A stretch of DNA of 63,745 bases, filler included, from Piptocephalis cylindrospora (Eukaryota), in assembly GCA_003614145.1 (NCBI GenBank). It is 28 parts of 28 records of this genome, joined end to end, with 100 filler letters (N's around TTAATTAATTAA, not from the genome) between each part and the next. Parts side by side here need not be neighbours in the genome. Positions count along the whole stretch, not along the records: positions 1 to 2,225 come from KZ989035.1; positions 2,326 to 4,546 come from KZ989036.1; positions 4,647 to 6,866 come from KZ989037.1; positions 6,967 to 9,185 come from KZ989038.1; positions 9,286 to 11,503 come from KZ989039.1; 23 more parts are not named here. One strand, written 5' to 3'. A program made the translations under genes and the position numbers. Shown here piece by piece: positions 1 to 11,503 of this stretch. The first letter of the stretch is position 1. Each line of letters opens with the position of its first letter. Below the pieces are notes generated by a model that had not been told where the DNA came from, did no database searches, and saw only the letters and a program-made list of their open reading frames with translations.

Positions 1-1386
1 TTCTTAAACCCTCTCCATTATAAAATATTCTCTTTCTTCCAAGTACAGATCCCCCGTCACGTCTTTCAAGAAAAACAACGACGATGAAAAGGAAGGGAGG
101 GAGAGGGGGGGTGTTTGGCGGTCAGATACTCGAGGGAAAGGGAGCAGAGTAAGGTTTTATAGCTGGGCAGAATGTCTCTCCTAATTATTCATGAACAACC
201 ACTAGCCGTGGACTCGGCGGTTGGTGGAGCGCGCGCGCACCGGCAGCTGGGAGTGGGAGGGATCGGGTAGGCCGAGATGAGTGTGCGCGGGCGGGGGGTG
301 GACACAGAGTCTCCTTTACTTCTTCTCCCACACACCCGCTCCTTATTGTACACCAGTCAGGAGAGGTCAGCGCGCAAAAGGATGAGACAGGTCGTGAAGA
401 TGGGACGGGGGGAGAGGCAGGGCCACTTTACCCAGTAGGGGTCAAGCATGGAGATGGGGTGATTGGGGAGATATAGGACACCTGGGTGGGATATTGTACG
501 ACCTGGCCGACTCACCAAAGGAAAAAGGGAAGGTTTGAGAGGGAGCGCGGGTATAAGCGGATGGGTGTGTCGAACAAGGGAGTCTGTGTGTGTATGTGTG
601 TGTATGTGGGGAGGGGGGGGGGAGATCTTCCATCGTGTCTGGGGTGGTATTTCTCCGGGAAGAATTGCGACGAGGAGGTCTCCATCACTCACCTCCCCCC
701 TCACTGTCTAACGTGCTTTTGAGACGGGCAGAAATCACTGACCAAGCCGACCCCAGGGTTTGGCGAGCCCCTTAGGGGTGTGGTTCACGAACAAAATACA
801 CGTGTGTGTGTTGAAAGGAAGGGAAGATCATCTCGGATATATTATCCGGCCTTTTTCTTCCGTCTGCACTCCCCAAAAGACCTTTGGAGAAATGGATGAA
901 TGAGGTGCTTTGGTATGCATCGGAAGCATTCTTGAATGGATATCCTCATCTCCTCAAAGCTGAACAGGATTTGGATGAGGCCATTGCATTCAAAGCAGGG
1001 AGGCTGGTGTCACAGGCACAAGTGTCCGTTATGGTGAAAAATAGGGATGGAAAGGAGGAGGGGGTTGGATGCTGCGACTGTTACCATTGAAACACCCCTC
1101 TTGGCAGGTGTGAGAAGGTGAGTGTAACAGGGAACACGACATGACAGGGATTCCTCTTACTGAAACCGTCTTTCTCCTGGGAGTCGCAACTCAATATGCA
1201 AAGAGCTCATGAAAAGGGCATGTGGTCCTGGTGGGTCCATCCCGTTCCACTCGGGATCTACGGGAGAAAAGGGCGGAAGGGATGGGAGGGGACGGGATGG
1301 GATGGGTCCACCGGGATCGCATCGGGGCCAGGGAGAGGAAGGGATGGCTTGGCTTACTCATTATCATTAGAGTAATCTAAAGATAG

Positions 1387-2225
1387 GTCGAGGAAGGGTC
1401 AAGTCGAAAGGAAAAACACCGGTCCGTGATCCTCGAGTCCGTCTGGAGCGAAGGCCGTCGGTACCAGAACATCGAGCACTGCCCCTACCTTCTGCCCAAC
1501 GATGTCACCGAGCTCAACCGCCTCGAGATCGAGCACGCCATCATGCGCGATATCTTCGAAGGCATCTTCGTCGCCCCAATCCAACAGCTCTCCCCCTCCC
1601 GTGTCCTGGATGTCGGGTGTGCCCAGGGCACCTGGGTCCTCGAGGCCGCCAGCCAGTTCCCCAAATGCCAATTCACCGGATTTGACATCTCTGCCGTCTA
1701 TCCCTCCGACACCATGCCCACCAATTGCACATTCGAATTCGGCAACATCATCGAAGGCACAAAATACGGCGATGGCGAGTTCGACTATGTCCATCAGCGC
1801 GGCTTTGCCTTTGCTGTCCGTCTCGCCGAATGGCCTCAGGTCTGTCGCGAACTCGTTCGCGTCACCGCCCCCCGCGGCGTCGTCGAAATCGTCGACACCT
1901 GTCTCCCCTTCACCGGCCCCGGCCCCGCCACCGCCCGTATCAACGGCTGGATCGACGCTGCTTGCTCCCAGCAGGGCATCGAGGTCCGGGGCTATCTCGG
2001 GCAGGTCCCTCGCCTCCTTCGTCAGGCCGGTCTCTCCAATATCCACGTCGTCACCCGCAAGATGCCCGCTGGTCCCTGGGCAGGCAAGGTCGGCCAACTG
2101 GGCGCCGAGTGTCTCCTCGAGGGCGCTCGTATCCTTTGTCGGGGCGCCCCTGAACCCTCCAAGATGTCCCAGGCCGAATTCGACGCCGTCTTTGACCAAT
2201 TCCACCAGGAAATGAACACCGACGA
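1387..2225 (+). CDS. Class I SAM-dependent methyltransferase, LaeA-like/Methyltransf_23 type (partial; 3' truncated, probable upstream exon)
   Basis: Motifs GRRY..., PYLLPNDVTELNRL, VLDVGCAQGTWVLE, TGFDIS, FDYVHQR and RELVRVTAPRGVVEIVD. The frame is open from a candidate acceptor (GATAG ending at 1386). Confidence 0.88.
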
Positions 2226-2325
2226 NNNNNNNNNNNNNNNNNNNNNNNNNNNNNNNNNNNNNNNNNNNNTTAATTAATTAANNNNNNNNNNNNNNNNNNN
2301 NNNNNNNNNNNNNNNNNNNNNNNNN
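2226..2325. other. Artificial contig linker (N44-TTAATTAATTAA-N44), first of 27
   Basis: Identical 100-nt spacer with stops in all six frames. It starts at 2226, 4547, 6867, 9186, 11504, 13819, 16133, 18445, 20746, 23041, 25225, 27517, 29808, 32098, 34386, 36673, 38958, 41239, 43520, 45791, 48054, 50207, 52469, 54730, 56991, 59250 and 61498. The intervening contigs are nearly size-sorted. Confidence 0.99.
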
Positions 2326-2436
2326 CCCCCGAGTCCATCCTTTCCTGGAGAGATCGCGGCTCTTGGAAAATATTTCTCTCCTCCTGCCCCACCCAATCAA
2401 TATCCCCCGCCAAACCAGTATGGAGCTCAGCCCCTC

Positions 2437-3918
2437 ATGAATCCTTTTGAGGCAGGTGGCCATCCCCAGGGTCCGCCTCAGCCCCCGCCGCAGAATATGG
2501 GCCCAGATCAAAAGTTCGATCCAAAACCCAAGTACCAGGATCTCTGGGCCGCCGTCCTCTTTGTTCTGCATCTTGCAGCCTTCATTGCTCTCGCTGCTCT
2601 GGCCATACCCAAGGGCGTGCAGAAGAGTGAAAATAGCCGGGATGGGGAAAGGGTCGACCCGGACAGTGACCCGTTGAAGCGCCATCAGAATAATGCCATC
2701 ATCGTCATGATCTGCTCCATCGTCACTGCCCTCGTCCTCTCCTTTGCCTATCTCCTTCTTGTTCAGCGGTTCGCCAAATTCATGATCAAGGCAACCCTGG
2801 CCCTCTCAGTCCTCTTTCACATTGCCATCGCCGTCTATTTTATCGTCGTTCTCAAGTCCTACATTGTCGGGGCCCTTTCTCTCCTCTTTGCCATCGTCTA
2901 CGCCGTGTGCGCCTGGTCCTGGAGGCACCGTATCCCCTTTGCCACTATCATGCTTCAAACCGTGTGTGGCGTCACACGCAAGTACGGGGGTACCATGGGT
3001 GTGGCTGGTGCCGGTCTCTTCCTCAACGTGGGCTGGAGTATCCTCTTTGTCCTGACCCTCCTGGGGATCGTCCCACTCACCGGAGGCGCTGCTCAGAATT
3101 GTCGCACCGTGAACGGACGACAAGTTTGTGATGCCGGGAGGCCCAATTCGTCCGCCACCTACGGACTCTTTGTCGCCGCCCTCTTCTCCTTTTACTGGAC
3201 CACCCAGGTGATCCGGAACACCGTGCACACCACCGTGTCCGGTGTCTTTGGTGTCTTTTACTTTTTGACGGGTACCACCCAGATGCCCTCTGGGTCCGTC
3301 ACTCTCTCCTCCCTCAAGCGGGCCTGCACCACGGCCTTTGGTTCCATCTGCTTCGGATCCCTGATCATCGCCATCGTCAAGCTCATCCGCGCCCTTTTGC
3401 GCTTTGCCATGGAAAACTCGGACGGAATCATGGCCTTTGTGGCTTGCATTGCCGTCTGTATCCTCGGATGCATTGAGGGTCTCCTCGAGTATTTTACCCA
3501 TTACGCCTTTACTCAGGTCGCCGTCTACGGGAAGCCCTTCTGTACGGCCGCCAAAGACACCTGGAACATGATCAAGGATCGTGGAGTCGAGGTCCTTATC
3601 AACGATAACCTGATCGGCAACGTCCTGGGCATCGGTTCCCTCCTCATCGGCTTCCTCAATGCCATCATCGCCCTGGCCATCATTGCCGCCGTCAAGGTGG
3701 AAATCTTCCACGAGGGAGGTCTGGTCCTCTGGCTCCTCCTCATCGCCGCCTTTGTCGTTGGCCTGGCTATGATGAGTACGGCCGGAGGCGTCATTGAATC
3801 TGGCACCGCCACCACATTTGTCTGTCTCGCCGAGGACCCCATGGCCTTGGCCCGGACTCAACCGGAGCTCTTTGAGAGGATCCGTCGTACTTATCCCGAT
3901 GTCGTTCAAGGAGTCTAG
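2437..3918 (+). CDS. PNS1: Choline transporter-like (CTL/SLC44) protein Pns1
   Basis: 493 aa, about 10 hydrophobic segments. Motifs PKYQDLWAAVLF, WRHRIPFA, FYWTTQVIRN, AFGSICFGSLI, YFTHYAFTQVAVYGKPF and LINDNL. Confidence 0.93.
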   Translation: MNPFEAGGHPQGPPQPPPQNMGPDQKFDPKPKYQDLWAAVLFVLHLAAFIALAALAIPKGVQKSENSRDGERVDPDSDPLKRHQNNAIIVMICSIVTALVLSFAYLLLVQRFAKFMIKATLALSVLFHIAIAVYFIVVLKSYIVGALSLLFAIVYAVCAWSWRHRIPFATIMLQTVCGVTRKYGGTMGVAGAGLFLNVGWSILFVLTLLGIVPLTGGAAQNCRTVNGRQVCDAGRPNSSATYGLFVAALFSFYWTTQVIRNTVHTTVSGVFGVFYFLTGTTQMPSGSVTLSSLKRACTTAFGSICFGSLIIAIVKLIRALLRFAMENSDGIMAFVACIAVCILGCIEGLLEYFTHYAFTQVAVYGKPFCTAAKDTWNMIKDRGVEVLINDNLIGNVLGIGSLLIGFLNAIIALAIIAAVKVEIFHEGGLVLWLLLIAAFVVGLAMMSTAGGVIESGTATTFVCLAEDPMALARTQPELFERIRRTYPDVVQGV

Positions 3919-4673
3919 GTGGACGATGTGGCTGTAGCAAGAGGTTGGAGATACCAAGAGAGAGGTGTAGCTGAAGCGTGGAGGCGTGAAGAATGTATGG
4001 CGCCCTTTTTGGAATGCACTGTCTTTTTTTTTCTTTCCCTCCTTTCGGTCACATCCCCCTCTTGGTTTGTCTTGTGAGCTTTACTCCTCATACATACATA
4101 CACACGGGAATCTCCGCATCATCTCTCTTGTTTTCCCGTGGGAAAAAGGTAAGGTGAGATGGGCTAGTCGATCTCGTAGGGCGGAATGGCGTTTTCCGCT
4201 AATTCATGTTGATGTTCACTTCGCTTTCCTCCCTAAAGTCACACAGCCAGTTCAGTGATGAACAAGCGCGGATTGGCGAACCCCCTATCTCCCCTTTCCC
4301 TTTATAATGCCACCCGACCTCCCCTGGGCTCCACTTCTGTATCAGCCCCTCCTCTCAAGAATCAGACACTGTCAGTTGTATTTGGTACCATTTTATCGAC
4401 AAACACACTCTTGAGTCATCTTTCTTCATCCCTACACGTGCAAGTCATCCCACCCCTCAACAGGTTCAGTGTCCTCTCCCCCCGTCTAGAACACCGGGTC
4501 GCTGAACCAACTCTCACACACTCGTCTTTACCGGCTCACACTACCTNNNNNNNNNNNNNNNNNNNNNNNNNNNNNNNNNNNNNNNNNNNNTTAATTAATT
4601 AANNNNNNNNNNNNNNNNNNNNNNNNNNNNNNNNNNNNNNNNNNNNCTACTTGTTCTTCAAAGACTCGGAAGA

Positions 4674-6761
4674 TCAAGGAATCCTACTCTTGAAGAGAGT
4701 GTATCGATCAATGGTCTCAAGGGTGACGGGAGGGGAGTAGAGTTGGTCCTGGTCAACGTGAGCAGCCATTCCCTGGCGGACATGTTCTTGAATCACCGAG
4801 TCAGCACGACGAGAGGCTCTGGCATGATGAAGGGCATTGAGGGGAGAAGAAGTAATAGGAGGAGAGGGGGTGTTGGAGAGTGAATTTGCGCGGGATTCCC
4901 TCTTCATCTTTCGTTGAACCCGCCTGACGCGAGTGTATCTGGACCAGGCATGGGCAAATACGCGAAAACCGACGAGGAGTTTCAAGGCGACGGTGAGGAG
5001 GAAGAGGAGGACGATAAGAAGGGGGAGGACGTAGAAAGCATGGCGGTAGGTGGAGCCGATGACCATATCGTCTTGACCCCCCCAAAGAGTAAGCATAGTA
5101 AGGATGTGACCGACATTGCGGACGAGGAGACAGACCAAAGGAAATGAGGAGAGTCCGATACGACGAGCAACCATGGGGGAATGATCGATGAAGAGGCGAC
5201 GGGCACTCCGATCGTCCCTTGGGCCCTGGGAAATGGAAGAAGGCTGGGTGTCAGAGTGAAGGGAAAGGGCACCTGGCCCATCCACCAGGTCAGTGGCGAG
5301 TATGTCGGCAAAGCGACCGTAGATGGTGGGGCGGATGTGGTTAAACTTTGTGATAAAAGCATGCTTTAGCCAGTCGACAAAAATCTCACAGGCGATGACG
5401 GCCAGACAAGGACCAAGGATAGAGTCGAGAAGGATGGACCAAGTATGAGGTAAGGCGGGGAGGGAGGTGAGGGAAGACCAGGACCAGGACCAAGACCAGA
5501 ACCAAGACCAGGACCAGGACCAGGGAAGAAGGGATGACCAGGAGAGGAGGGATGATCCAGAAAGCTCGACCATGTTCCGCAGAGCGATGATGAGGACAAA
5601 GAGGGAGAGATGGAACCGCTCGACAATGTCACTACAAGTAATTTGAAAGAGGTTTTCCATAGCAAAGCGCTTAAAAACACTGCTCTTGACCTCAGCAAAC
5701 TGATTGGAGACCAGGAGGGTGAGAAGAGCATTATTGTAGGAGTTGATGGCGACATTGAGAGTGATGCACTGGTAGAAGAGGACTATGGTATGTATGAGGA
5801 TGTAGGCGGCGGCGAGGAAAAAGTGAGTTGGAGTGCTGACAACTAGGATGGAATCTTGGGAGTCTGCCTGAGCATCCGACTCCGCTTCCTCCTTTTGAGC
5901 CTGTTCTTGGGTCTCGTCCAGTTCATGTATGGTGAATGGGATAGGGGGCTTGGGGGGACTAGCTCCTTTTGGGTCCTGATAAGTATCGAATTGAGGGAAA
6001 GGATCTGGGGAAGGGGGGTTTGAGCGTCTCCTGGACCACTTTCCATCAGGGCCGTGATGGGATGACGAGGGGCTCGAGAGCCCTTTGGGATCGTCCAAGA
6101 CCTTAGCGAAGAAGGAATCGAGGATATCATGACCAAAGGAAGAGCATAGACGATCCGCAATTTCCAGGGCATTGAAGATGACATAGAGTTTAAAGACGGA
6201 TTGACCTCTCACAGAATGGTAGAGACGGGAGGCGTCAACGATCTGGAGGATAGATGAGCATAGGATGAGGAGGGTGGCCTTGAGGAGGGTGAGGCGATGG
6301 GTGGGACGCAGACGGGGGATAGAGCCGGTAAGGACACGCCAGGTCTCACGCAAGGCGACCAGGGTGCGTAGAGGTAGTATGGTGAAGGCATGGAGAAGGG
6401 AGTCAAGACATATTCCATAGCCAAAGAGCATAAGATGTTCGATCTCACTAGGAACATGAACAAAGTTGGAGATGCGCTCACGTTTCAAGGCACTTGCAGC
6501 ATCCGCCTCATCCGAAGCAGCCATCTCCTCCACGAGGTAAGACCAAAGGACCTTGGGGTGTATGGAGGAGGGGTGAGGGATGGGTTGGGCCGGAGGACTA
6601 GGCGGGCGATGAGATAGGGGTGGGGTAGAGGAGGGAGAGGGGATAGAGGAGGCGGACTCTGAGGCCAGGGTGGATAAAGAACGCTTCCTTCCGTGCAGCC
6701 CCATCCCCGTGGGCTGGGGCAAGAGAGGGAGGGAGGGGACGGTAGCGTCACCTTGGAACAT
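4674..6761 (-). CDS. EMP65: TAPT1/Emp65 (DUF747) ER membrane protein
   Basis: 695 aa. Motifs KRERISNF, FGYGICLDSLL, SRLYHSVRGQSVFKLYVIFNALEI, TLNVAINSYNNALLTLLVSNQFAEVKSSVFKRF, SDIVERF, VDWLKHAFITKFN and C-terminal IDRYTLFKSRIP. Confidence 0.93.
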   Translation of the reverse strand: MFQGDATVPSLPLLPQPTGMGLHGRKRSLSTLASESASSIPSPSSTPPLSHRPPSPPAQPIPHPSSIHPKVLWSYLVEEMAASDEADAASALKRERISNFVHVPSEIEHLMLFGYGICLDSLLHAFTILPLRTLVALRETWRVLTGSIPRLRPTHRLTLLKATLLILCSSILQIVDASRLYHSVRGQSVFKLYVIFNALEIADRLCSSFGHDILDSFFAKVLDDPKGLSSPSSSHHGPDGKWSRRRSNPPSPDPFPQFDTYQDPKGASPPKPPIPFTIHELDETQEQAQKEEAESDAQADSQDSILVVSTPTHFFLAAAYILIHTIVLFYQCITLNVAINSYNNALLTLLVSNQFAEVKSSVFKRFAMENLFQITCSDIVERFHLSLFVLIIALRNMVELSGSSLLSWSSLLPWSWSWSWFWSWSWSWSSLTSLPALPHTWSILLDSILGPCLAVIACEIFVDWLKHAFITKFNHIRPTIYGRFADILATDLVDGPGALSLHSDTQPSSISQGPRDDRSARRLFIDHSPMVARRIGLSSFPLVCLLVRNVGHILTMLTLWGGQDDMVIGSTYRHAFYVLPLLIVLLFLLTVALKLLVGFRVFAHAWSRYTRVRRVQRKMKRESRANSLSNTPSPPITSSPLNALHHARASRRADSVIQEHVRQGMAAHVDQDQLYSPPVTLETIDRYTLFKSRIP
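5476..5523. repeat. Coding hexamer microsatellite (GACCAG)n encoding a Ser-Trp repeat
   Basis: About 8 degenerate GACCAG/GACCAA/AACCAA units, translated on the minus strand as WSWSWSWFWSWSWSWS. Confidence 0.9.
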
Positions 6762-6966
6762 GAGCGGTGAGGAAGGAGAGGGGGAGGAAAGGAAGAAGAG
6801 GAGAAGTAGAGCGAGATGGAAAAGAGTAAAAGGGATAATAGAAGAAAGGGAAAAAGGACTTTGTTGNNNNNNNNNNNNNNNNNNNNNNNNNNNNNNNNNN
6901 NNNNNNNNNNTTAATTAATTAANNNNNNNNNNNNNNNNNNNNNNNNNNNNNNNNNNNNNNNNNNNN

Positions 6967-7762
6967 ACCCGGGGTATCCCACCTCTGATGAGTATTTACC
7001 CGCTCAACCACCTCAATATCCAGGACATTACCAATATGCTTGTGGAGTTTGAGAGGAAGAAATAGTTGAAGATGGAAGAGCTCCTCAATAACATTGATTG
7101 CGCGACCAATCCCCCAGTTATAAATCTTGCTAAAGCCAAGGATATAGGATTTTCGTATTGCGTCGGTATCCTTTGGGGCGAATAAATACGATCCAAAGCG
7201 CCATAGACTGAATATTCCAGTTATGGCAGGCTTCTTCCACGGGGGGGAAGGAGGTTCTTTGGGAATATGAATGACGGAGACAGAAGTGGTGGGGGGGCTT
7301 CTTCTTACTCCTCCATAGCTGCCACCAGTGCTTGCGATCGAGTTCACCTAGGTCGAGCCTGGGCTCCAAGCCCTTTTTGCCCTCTCTACGGTATTGGGCT
7401 TTGATTTTAGCAGCATCTTTGAGGATTCTTGACTTGGAGGGCTTGGTCGAGTGCCCCAGGCCACCCACAGGACCTAGGATATGATCGGCGCCTCCATCCC
7501 TGACGAGTTCAATGTGGGGAGAAAGGTCCTCATCGGGCCGGACTTTGGGTTTTTTGGAGGAAGCAAGGGCTTCCTTGAACACATTTTCCTTTGGAAGGGC
7601 AGGCAATTCGTCAGGTAGCTCAAGCTGGACCAATGACTCTCTCATAGGCGCTTCTGGAGCTGAGAGGACCCGATGGGAGGAAAGAATGAGGGCAAATAGG
7701 ATGGATAGGGCGATAAAAACATGGCGGAAGGACGAGTGAGTGAGGAGCGGAGAAGTGGTCAT
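6967..7762 (-). CDS. Orphan secreted protein, N-terminal half (spliced; predicted intron 7257-7308)
   Basis: ATG at 7762 followed by a signal-peptide-like segment (RHVFIALSILFALILSSHRVLSA-PE). Removing a 52-nt GTAAGA...AAAG intron joins the 7130..8107 frame to the 6919..7347 frame, which runs to ...ERVNTHQRWDTPG at the contig edge. Confidence 0.65.
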
Positions 7763-7999
7763 GAAGGAAGGCGACAGTGATCGTGGATGGGAGAAGAAGC
7801 TAAGGACTTTGTGAGAGCTACAATGAAGGCGGACCGGGAAAAGCAAAGACGTTAGGATGTAGCTCGTATGTCCCAGGCAATTTGGAAGGAGAGATCGGAA
7901 TGAGGGATGAGGGATGAGGATGAACGATTGTGAGGAGGGGATGGCCATGATATGGTGGATGAGCGGGTAAATACTCATCAGAGGCGGGATACCCCGGGT
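6967..7999. repeat. Inverted repeat pair 6967-7012 / 7954-7999 (44 of 46 nt match)
   Basis: ggtggatgagcgggtaaatactcatcagaggcgggataccccgggt (7954-7999) is the reverse complement of 6967-7012 with 2 mismatches. Confidence 0.95.
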
Positions 8000-8623
8000 G
8001 GGCGGTCCTTCTTTGAAAAGGCCATGCTCTGTACAGTGGCCTCCTATAAGTCTTCTCCTGCCTGCCTTGTCGGCCGACCCCTCATCGCCTCTATTCGCAG
8101 GGCACATGACCTTACCATTACCCTGATTGAGAAGGCCAGTGAGTCAATGCGGGATGATCTCATCTCTTCGGCTGCCTGCCTCATCATCACATTTATCCGC
8201 GATGATGTAGGGTTCTCCGTCGGGTCCGACACCCAGCACACCATGCATCTTCTCTCCATCCAAAAGCTGGCCAAACTCTTCATGAAATACTACAAGGATC
8301 TTCTACAATTTGTCTACGATAATTCTGATCCCCTTATCCACATGGCTCTCCATACTCTCGTCCCTTCCACCGGCGCTAAGAGGTATCGCATATTGCCCCC
8401 CGTCCTCTTACTCTTGCGCAAGCAAATCCATAATGTCCGCAAGATCCTCCGGATCAACATTCGCGATGGCCTTATCTACATCATGCTCCTGTGCTTCCCT
8501 TATAATGTCACCACCAAGAAGGACCAAACTGATCAAGCCTATCAGGATCAACTGAAGCTCATTGTCCGGGAGGCCCTTCGAAAGGCGGATCCCATTACGT
8601 TTGAAAACCTAGATCGAGGGTGA
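7954..8623 (+). CDS. Orphan protein, probable C-terminal half of the 6967-7762 gene in inverted orientation
   Basis: Begins with ERVNTHQRRDTPG, nearly the same peptide and DNA at which the minus-strand half ends. Open for about 220 codons. Confidence 0.6.
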
Positions 8624-9285
8624 TACTTTCTCTCCTCAGCTATGGTCCTTGTAAAGCCCGAAACGGAGTGTATGTGTGTGCTTTCCTGTATCGGTCATTT
8701 CGATTTCTTTCTTCTCATTTCTTTAGGTACAATTCATTCGCCTCTTTTATATATATGAATCTCGTGTTTTTTGGAAGAGTGATTGAGGACGGCCTTGGAT
8801 TCTTACTGTAGTGCTCTAGAAATCAGGATTGACATATGTGATGATCCATCCTAAATCAATGAGCCACCTTGACCCAATTGGTCCACTGGAGAGGCCATCT
8901 CTCTGACTATGCGAATCTAGCGTGTGTGACCGATCCCAGATATTTCTGGGACATCCTACAGGAAAGGGGACCGATCTACCATAGTTCAAGGTTACCTTGC
9001 CTCATTCATTCAATTACCATTATATTTCCGATCCTTCCCATGGCAAATATAATTCAAAAATTACGTATCCCATTCATATAATTCACCATGGGGCTTTCAC
9101 TTGCCCATTGGATTAGATAAAGCGAGACTATCTATTCCAAGGACACGTGTTTTCTTTCTGGACCTTCCCCTGAGACTTGCATCCCNNNNNNNNNNNNNNN
9201 NNNNNNNNNNNNNNNNNNNNNNNNNNNNNTTAATTAATTAANNNNNNNNNNNNNNNNNNNNNNNNNNNNNNNNNNNNNNNNNNNN

Positions 9286-9590
9286 GTCTTGAGTTGACGA
9301 CCACCTAGCTCGAGGGCAATGTCCTTCTCAAGGAAAGCATTGACATCGTTCTCGTCCATGCGGACAAAGGCAAGACCACGGCTAAGTCCTTCAGCGTTCC
9401 GGGGGATGTGAACGTCGCGGACCTCACCGTAGGCGCTAAAGATATCTCGGATCTCGTCGTGGGTGGCGCGGAAGGGGACATTGGCGCAGTAGATGGATCG
9501 GTCGGCCTCAGCGATGAGGGAGGTGCCGAAGGAGCGGCGGGTCAGAGCGGCACCAAGGCGAAGGGGCTGAAGGAGGGCACGAAGGGACAT
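9286..9590 (-). CDS. RRM RNA-binding protein with putative mitochondrial presequence (3' truncated)
   Basis: MSLRALLQPLRLGAALTRRSF is Arg/Leu-rich with no acidic residues. It is followed by RNP2 IYCANV, RNP1 RGLAFVRM and ELGGRQL. Confidence 0.85.
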
Positions 9591-10018
9591 GGTGACAGGG
9601 AAAACAAGGGGATCTCTGGTATTGGGGATATGGGGAGGAAGAGGGTGACGATACTGTGCTTGGAAGTAGGGCAAGCCTCGGGAGGTCTGTCTCAAGTACT
9701 CTCGCGTTGTTCATAGCCTTTAGGACGGCATTGAGGTTCGCGGGTGGACCGAAGAAAAAAAAAGTGGAAGACTGTGCAAGAAAATAAAAAATTATGCGTG
9801 TTTTGATTGTCTGGGGTGGGTGGGTGTGTGCACAGTGGGCCGGCCGAAACCGGGGCAAGTAAACACACAGCGAGGTTGACGGCTACAAGGCTTAATGATG
9901 ATCGTTGATTCGGCGATCCAGAGAGCGTTTGGATGATACGCACAACTCATTACTAGACTATGAGATAAAGATGTGTTTACTGACAATGAAATAATAATAC
10001 CAGCTTTTTGTAGAATAG

Positions 10019-10411
<393 letters not shown>

Positions 10412-10638
10412 TCGCTAGGAGGGGGCTTACTCAAGGTCCATGTACGAGCCCCCTTCCCAAGGAAATGAACCAAAGTCATGACCGTAGATGGACGCAAGTA
10501 TAACAACAGTAATAGAAATAATAAAGGCAACACATCTTGTATTCCATCCCTCCTTGATCTACTCTCCCTCTTCTTCCCTCTAGATAGACATGTGGCTTGG
10601 GATGAGGATAGGAGGAAGCGAAAGAAGAGCGAGAGGGT

Positions 10639-11503
10639 TCAACGTTCATCAAGTCGCCTTCTGCGTGGAAGCAAAGTCAAAGATGGAGCATGCCCACTCG
10701 ATGACTGGGAGTCCTGGGTAATGCGAACTCGACGGGCCGGAGCGGATAGGCTGAGTGGAGATGGTCGCTTACCACTTCCAGTAAGTGGCATAATCCTCCG
10801 TGGAGATCGAATATGAAGTGGAAGACGTCTTCTCGTGGCCAACGTCTTTCCCGGGCTTCCTGCATGTTGAGGGAGAGACGAGGTCGTGGAAGGAGGGAGG
10901 GAGGGGGGGCAGACCCGTTCGTCCGACCTGCTCGGCCAGGCTCCCGTGATCCAGTGGATCGGAACCTTCATATGTTTTGAGACGCGAGGAGAGAGTGGGC
11001 CGAGTGTACCGATGCTCCAAACCCATGACCCGACGGACCCTGGCTGGGCTAGCCTTCTTCCCCGTGGGTCTCCGTGTACGAAGAGGACCCCCATCTCCCC
11101 CTCGCCTAGGTGGAGGAGCCACCATAGGATGCACCCTATCCCGTACCCGACCGAGCCGTAATCTATCGGAGAAGGCTGGAGACTTGGGGATCGTTGGCTC
11201 TTTTCGTCGAATTCTCGGGACCCCATAATCTCCCGAGCTCTGGAGAACCTTCAGGTTCACTGGATGGGCCTTGAACTGCGCCCCTTGCTCGCTTTCCTTC
11301 TCCTTCACACCGCCCCAAAACATCTTTTCCCGTCGACTACCGAAGGAGAATGCATGGATGAGTCTAACTCAGCTGTTAGGGGAGAAGCTGATCAAGCAGA
11401 GTATTACTTACGATGAATTATCCTCCCGGAAACGAGAGTGAAATTGAGGTGACTTAGGTTGGGTTAGCTTGGAACCGGTTCCTTGGACGGATGCTCCCTG
11501 GAA
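10639..11503 (-). CDS. TPX2-like microtubule-associated protein, 3' part (intron 11337-11411; 3' exon structure uncertain)
   Basis: The spliced frame gives KLTQPKSPQFHSRFR...FKAHPVNLKVLQSSGDYGVPRIRRKEPTIPKSPAFSDRLR, matching the TPX2 repeat pattern FKA.P...KIL....GVP......T.PKSP.F. The 75-nt GTAAGT...TAG intron is canonical and keeps the frame. Confidence 0.62.

Noticed and set aside
884..1090. 68-aa ORF ending in CCDCYH as a metal-binding peptide
   Set aside because: TTG start, no family motif and no codon-bias support.
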